Origin: Octopus vulgaris | Taxonomy: Eukaryota | Reading direction: 5' to 3' | DNA: 64,000 bases | Assembly (NCBI GenBank): GCA_951406725.2 | Contig: OX597830.1 | Coordinates: 8,804,001-8,868,000 of the forward strand | Part shown: positions 56,843 to 64,000 of the stretch, piece by piece | How positions within the stretch are numbered: the first letter of the stretch is position 1 | Layout: every line of letters begins with the position of its first letter | Position numbers and translations under genes: made by a program | The notes under the pieces: generated by a model | Databases searched by the model: none | The model's input: the letters and a program-made list of their open reading frames with translations, nothing else | Told to the model about the DNA's origin: nothing

Positions 56843-57030
56843 AACTCAATCCATTTATGTAGAGTACCAACTTTTATTTTTACACGGGAAAGATTGGTTG
56901 TAACTTTGAAGTTTCGCTGTGGGCCACCTTCATCAGATGATGTGATGAAGCCGACAAGTAAATGAGTGGAAACTTTACCGGTGAGTGTGTTAAATAATAA
57001 GGCACTAAAAGAGAATGACTTCCACCAGAC

Positions 57031-57089
<59 letters not shown>

Positions 57090-57174
57090 ATCCAAACAAG
57101 AAAGCACAAAAAACACAACAACGCGAGGACGTGGAACAAATATAGTATTATTGGACGCTCAGGAAAGAAGGAGG

Positions 57175-57209
57175 GCTTGACGTTTCGAGCGGAGCTCTTC
57201 GTCGGAAAC
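57175..57209 (-). ncRNA. Minimal hammerhead motif of Penelope pLTR type (U4C core variant)
   Basis: Minus strand: GTTT-CCGACGA-A-GAGC tcc GCTC-GAAAC-GTC-AAGC; stem III is reduced to the palindrome ACGT. Confidence 0.6.
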
Positions 57210-57476
57210 ATAGGAGAAGGAAAGATCCAGAGAAGGGAAGACAGAGGGAAAAAAATCGCCAACGGTACACACTCATGTCACAACCTGGGACCTTGAAGAC
57301 TGCTATAACGCAAGAAAGTATACTAGTCCCTTAAAATTTTATATTCAACATTTCATCTATTCAATAACACAATCAATTCTTCATGTCATTATACTATATA
57401 TACTATATATTCTATATTCTACATTGATATTATAAAGAATATAAATAAAACATAAAAAACAGAGTTGGAATTTCTT

Positions 57477-57540
<64 letters not shown>

Positions 57541-57542
57541 TG

Positions 57543-57576
<34 letters not shown>

Positions 57577-57578
57577 TG

Positions 57579-57645
<67 letters not shown>

Positions 57646-57647
57646 TG

Positions 57648-57678
<31 letters not shown>

Positions 57679-57680
57679 TG

Positions 57681-57767
<87 letters not shown>

Positions 57768-58060
57768 TATAAGGTCAGTATAAATTTAGATTCAGTTGAA
57801 TATGGTACTTGAGTTAAAGGCAGCAGAATTTAGTATGGTATTATCCATATAATTCAAAATAGGGTGATTACAATCAAAATAAGCAACAAGGATATCCTTG
57901 TTGCTTATGTTGATTTATATATATATATCTTTGAATTTGGTGGTACTGGTAATGGCTTACGCTCGCTCTGATACCATGAATTGAGGTGATGTCTTCTAGT
58001 GCCTCCAAATTTAATACACAATTATTAATAATTGAGACGCAATTATTTATAATTGAAGAG

Positions 58061-58153
58061 TCCTACGCTGAAGAGAAAAATAGTTGGCTAAGACATAATT
58101 ATTTAATTTTTATGCTTTCCTATGACTTAATTTCGAAACGTGCGTCCGTAGGA
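58061..58153 (+). ncRNA. Intact minimal type I hammerhead ribozyme motif
   Basis: Stem I TCCTACG(58061-67)/CGTAGGA(58147-53); CTGAAGA 58068-74; stem II GAAA/TTTC with a large loop; GAAA 58135-38; stem III AC-gtgc-GT; canonical GTC triplet 58144-46. Confidence 0.82.
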
Positions 58154-58439
58154 GACTTAATATAGAATGATTGTCGTCATTTCTTTCTCTTTTGCCTGCG
58201 TTGTTTGCCTTTTAAGTGCTGTGGTTTTACTGGGATCTCCCTTTTAAGTAGAAAGAATAGCCATAACTCTTTGACTGCTATTTCTAAATTCGGTGTGTGG
58301 TGAGGCAAATCGTTGCTAAACCCTTAATTACTTAGTATTACTTAAACCTTCCTTGAATGGGGCTTTTACATGCCGAAATCTACTTGGTGAAATTAATGAT
58401 TATTCCAAATTAATTAATTTCACCCTATATTATTATTGA

Positions 58440-58479
<40 letters not shown>

Positions 58480-58756
58480 CATGGGTCTCCCATTCAGGGT
58501 TCACCATTCAGTGTTATGCAGCATGAACATTCGCAACGCGTGAAAGACAATAAGTGAAACAAAGACGACAAAGAAACCATTTTGCTTTGCACTTTTTTGG
58601 TGACCCGCAATGGAACCGGAAATAAATTGACGTCATATCCAACATGAAGCCTTTGCTCTTTACATGGATCGTACATAATCTATAGAAAAGCATGGACACC
58701 ACAAAATCTACATTTGACCTCCTAAAAGTACGAAGTTTCTACTTTGTTTCAAAACG

Positions 58757-59126
<370 letters not shown>

Positions 59127-59129
59127 TCT

Positions 59130-59340
59130 GGCGTTCTTATTGAGTTCTTGAATAACTAACTTCAAGAGTTTCTTTAAGGATTTCGCTAATCTAACTGCAA
59201 GATTTAATGACATTTAGAGCAAAGAACTTGATATGGTATGGCACTGGTTTGGCTCTTGGGAATCTCTTCAAGAACTAATAAAGATCGTCTGACTCTTTGA
59301 TAGTTCTTGTGAAACAGATAGCTAAACATTTTCGTAATGA
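59130..59340 (-). pseudogene. Possible Penelope-like GIY-YIG relic
   Basis: Minus strand: EEIPKSQTSAIPYQVLCSKC, then frameshifted ISE / KKLLKLVIQELNKNAR, resembling IP....VY.I.C..C..YIGET...L..RI.EH. Confidence 0.4.
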
Positions 59341-59888
59341 AAACTCTAAGTTGTACATAATTATTAAACGTAATATAGATCGTTTTATTTTGTTTGATAT
59401 CGCCAGATTATTTACGGAGATAATTAGAGGTGATCATTAAAAACATCACTGGTAATTATGAATAATACATAATTATTAAGGGCAATATATACACCATATT
59501 ATTTACATAGATAATTAGAGGTAATAATTTAAAAAATATATAGGTAATTATTAAATAGAAACTAGAGTGTTATCCGTCATTTGATGGGTAACTTTGGAAG
59601 TGTATTTTTGCTACCATGAGTAATATCACAAAATATGGCGTATATGCCAGTAATTACAGTATTTCGGCGAATTTCTTGGTGCTGATACAAAATTATGAAA
59701 TTAATACTAATTTTCAAAAGAAAATATATTTATTACCTTACAATAAAATTAAATAAAAAATATTCAAAAAGTAAAAAAAGAAATCGAAAATCTTTGTTGC
59801 TTTCATACATTATGGAAGTTCACATGCGCACGCGCACACAAACTCACTCTACGGTTCTATCTCTTGGTGTCAGTCTGCTTCTCTCTTC

Positions 59889-59936
<48 letters not shown>

Positions 59937-59990
59937 GCTTTCTTTCTTTATTCCTTTCTTTCTTTCTCTCTCTCTCCCCATCTCTCTCTG

Positions 59991-60065
<75 letters not shown>

Positions 60066-60075
60066 GTCAATGTAT

Positions 60076-60424
60076 ATGCTTAGCGGTATTTCGTCTGTCT
60101 TTACGTTCTGAGTTCAAATTCCACCGAGGTCGACTTTGCCTTTCATCCTTTCGGGGTCGATAAATGAAGTACCAGTGAAACACAAGAGTCAATGTAATTG
60201 CCTATCCCCCATCCCACAAATTCCAGGCCTTGTGCTTATAATAGAAAGGATTATTATATTCAGATACATGACCATTTGTTTCAGTCAGTTGACTGCGGCC
60301 ATGCTGGAGCACCACCTTTAGTCGAACAAATCGACCCCAGGACTCTTTTGTTGAAACGATAAGTTACGGGGATGTAAACGAACTAACATTGGTTGTCAAG
60401 TGATGGTGAGACACATACACACAC

Positions 60425-60483
<59 letters not shown>

Positions 60484-60640
60484 ATGCGACAGACTTCTTT
60501 CGGTTTCCGTCTACCAAATCCGCTCACAAGGTTTTGATCGGTCTGAGGTTATAGTAAAAGACACTTGGCCAAGGTGCCACGCAGTGGGACTGAACCTAGA
60601 GCCATATAGTTGGGAAACAAGCTTCTAACAACGCAGCAAT
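60076..60640. mobile_element. SINE B (+, ~60076-60255) followed by SINE A (-, ~60275-60640)
   Basis: Both consensus blocks visible. Confidence 0.85.
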
Positions 60641-61826
60641 CCCATATTATTTACATAACTAATATTGGCATTAAGTTCTGAGAATGAGACCTTTGGTTAA
60701 AAGATTTGATGATCCTAAACATATATTTATATTAACCGGTACAAAACGGTAAGATGATTTCTGTAACAGAGGCTGTTAGTGGCGGTGGTGATGGTGATGC
60801 CGGTAACGGTCGGTGGCGGTGGTGGTGATGTTAGTGACGGTTGGTGGTGGTGGTGGTGGTGATGTTGCTAGTTATATTGTAAAGTATCCAAATTGATATC
60901 ATGTTTAAAAGAATATGTCGTGTTTTGCTTGCTATTTCTGAGGAAGGAAGCTCCAATCTAATTATCCTTTTTAAAGTAATTCTCACATTTAATGCGCAGG
61001 CGTGGCTGTGTGGTTAAGGAGATCGCTTTGCAACATCGTGGTTCTGGGTTCACTGTGCACGCGACATCTTGAGCAAGTTTTTTTTTATTATAGCCCCGGG
61101 CCAACCAATGCCGTTTGTGAGCGAAGTAAAACGGAAAATACGTGTATCTACATACATACATACATACATACATACATAAACAGGTACTCCGTCGGGTACG
61201 ACGACGAGGGTTCCAGTTGATCGCGAAGTTAACGAGTAAGTGACTGAATACACCACAGACACATTTACTCTTAACGTAGTCCTCAAGGAGATTCAATGTG
61301 ACACAATGTGACAAGGCTGACCCTTTGAAATACAGGTACTATTTATTATAGCCAGTTGGGTGGCCTGGAGTCGGGTATCGAACTAACGGCCTTACGATCG
61401 GAAGCCGAACACCCTAACCACATAAATATTAAACCTACATACATATGCAAGTTCGGTATTATTTATCCATGTACAATTATCTGTGTATATGTACGTCTGA
61501 GTATGTGTGTGTGAGTATGTGTGTGTGAGTATGCGTGTTATATTTTAGTATATATAAGCACACACATACATATACATACATGTATATACATATATAAATA
61601 CACACACACACACACATATATATATACGTACATACATATATAAATACATATATATATATATATATATACATGGATATATCTACATATATATATATATATA
61701 TATATACGTACAAACACACACACACATATATATATATATACATATATGTATATATATAATCTGTATATATATATGTATATATATATAATGTATATATATA
61801 TACATATATATGTATATATATATGTG

Positions 61827-61887
<61 letters not shown>

Positions 61888-62236
61888 CTTCCCTCTCACA
61901 CACACACGTATGCGCATGTGCCACCATAAGTCATTGATGCCAAGCCATTCATTCTGCCGTTCCTAATGACTCTTCTATAACACGTCTTTCATTATTTCTT
62001 TGCCCATACCTGCCCCCCCCTTTCTCTATCAACCTTTGTCTATCCCCCTCTCACCTCTGCCATCCTCCCCCTCTCTCTCTCCTTCCCATATCACTTTCCA
62101 CCTTTCTTTTTCCTCCTTCTTTCGTTGTTCTCTCCTATTTAAGTGGAAAACCTTCAGAATTTGCCTACACGTTCGACAGTCGGTAGTTGTCATGCCTATA
62201 TATACACACGTATGTATGCATGGATATATGTATATA

Positions 62237-62278
<42 letters not shown>

Positions 62279-62451
62279 AAACATATATGGATATACACAC
62301 ACACACACACACACACATTTAAACACACACATATATATATATGTATATATGTACATATATATACAGGTACACACATACATACATATGTACATACATATAT
62401 AGATATATATATGAATACATATGTATATATATATAGATATATGTGTATATA

Positions 62452-62484
<33 letters not shown>

Positions 62485-62912
62485 GCATATATATGTGTAT
62501 ATACATATCTATATATATACACACATATATTTCTACGCACACACATATACACACATGTATATATATATATTTATATATATATACACACATACATTTCATA
62601 CACACACACATATATATGTATGTGTATGCATGTATCATGTGACTATATGACGCCATAGCTCCAGTCTTACAATGTCCCATGTATTGTCGTAATCTCCACA
62701 ATATATCTTTGTTCACTTCAATGCCATTTATAGAGGGCGCTGAGCTAAGTATGTATGTGTGTGTGTGGATGTGTGTGTAAACGTGCTTCTGTGTCTATCT
62801 ATTATACGTCCTGAGTGCATTTATCTCTCTCTAGGTCTGTATGTTTGCCCGCACTAAGGCACAATTGGTAACGATTGTCAGTTTTCATATCTATTTTTGT
62901 GTATCACTGAGT

Positions 62913-62951
<39 letters not shown>

Positions 62952-63258
62952 CACCCCCACACACCCACACACGCACACATACATACATACATACATACAT
63001 ACATACATACATACATACATACATACATACATACATACACACACACACGTATACCAAGTTTACCTGCGGGTGTTGATTGATTCAAGGCCCTAGTAAAAGG
63101 CACTGGTCCAAGCTGGGACTGAAACGGAAACCATGCGGCTGTAAAGCGAGTTTTTAACTACAGCTATGCTTACATATGTAAATAAAATCTTTCTATCTAT
63201 CTATCCATCCGTCCATCCATCCATCCATCCATCCATCCATCCATCCATCCATCCATCC

Positions 63259-63317
<59 letters not shown>

Positions 63318-63318
<1 letters not shown>

Positions 63319-63716
63319 CTTTACTACCCACAAGGGGCTAAACACAGAGAGGACAAACAAGGACAGACAAATGGATTAAGTCAATTATATCGACCCCAGT
63401 GCATAACTAGTACTTTATTTATCGACCCCGAAAGGATGCAAGGTAAAGTCGACCTCGGCAGAATTTGAACTCAGAACGTAAGGGAGACGAAATACGGCTA
63501 AGCATTTCGCCCGGCGTGCTAACGTTTCTGCCAGCTCGCCGCCTTAAGGCTGTTACGTTCTGAGTTCAAATTCAGCCGAGGTCGACTTTGCCTTTCATCC
63601 TTTCGGGGTCGATAAATTAAGTACCAGTTACGCACTGAGGTCGATGTACTCGACTTAATCCGTTTGTCTGTCCTTGTTTTTCCCCTCTGTGTTTAGCCCC
63701 TTGTGGGTAATAAAGA
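63318..63716. mobile_element. Head-to-head SINE B pair forming an inverted repeat
   Basis: The minus copy ends at the palindromic junction GCCTTAAGGC (63541-50). The plus copy restarts with AAGGC, then jumps to TTACGTTCTGAG. Paired arms ~63318-63481 / 63553-63716 lie within a (TATC)n tract. Confidence 0.9.
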
Positions 63717-63721
63717 AACAG

Positions 63722-63772
<51 letters not shown>

Positions 63773-63798
63773 GATCTATCTATCTATCTATCTATCTA

Positions 63799-63833
<35 letters not shown>

Positions 63834-64000
63834 GCCTGAGTGACAATCTGATTCGCTCGCCCTTCCCCTCTCCTTCTCTGTATATATGTGCGTGTGTTTG
63901 TGCGCGCGCACGCGCGTGTGTGAGTGTGTGTGCGTGTGTGTATTTATATATGTCAATGAAATCCCAACTTAGTCTTATTTCCACGTCTTATTATTTGCAA

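Overview
This is AT-rich eukaryotic non-coding DNA, saturated with microsatellites and dense in repeats. The SINE families and simple-repeat load look like an Octopus (coleoid cephalopod) genome; that is my recognition, not a database result. I found no convincing host protein-coding exon, rRNA, functional tRNA or CRISPR array, and almost all supplied ORFs are translations of microsatellites. Supported content: three tRNA-derived SINE families in many copies, RTE and R4/Dong LINE relics, Tc1/mariner, Tigger/pogo and hAT DNA-transposon relics, Helitron/HINE-like elements, and three decayed Penelope-type GIY-YIG endonuclease fragments. The most notable signal is a recurring architecture of head-to-head foldback inverted repeats (arms about 65-200 bp, loops 5-26 nt), usually next to (TA)n/(CA)n tracts. 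Their arms carry minimal type I hammerhead ribozyme motifs reading outward. There are also several stand-alone hammerheads, one of them textbook-intact at 58061-58153. One foldback has a tRNA-derived Pol III head at its centre and a hammerhead relic in its tail, making it a candidate SINE/retrozyme mobilised by Penelope-like elements (PLEs). Repeat boundaries are read by eye and approximate unless a motif is quoted.
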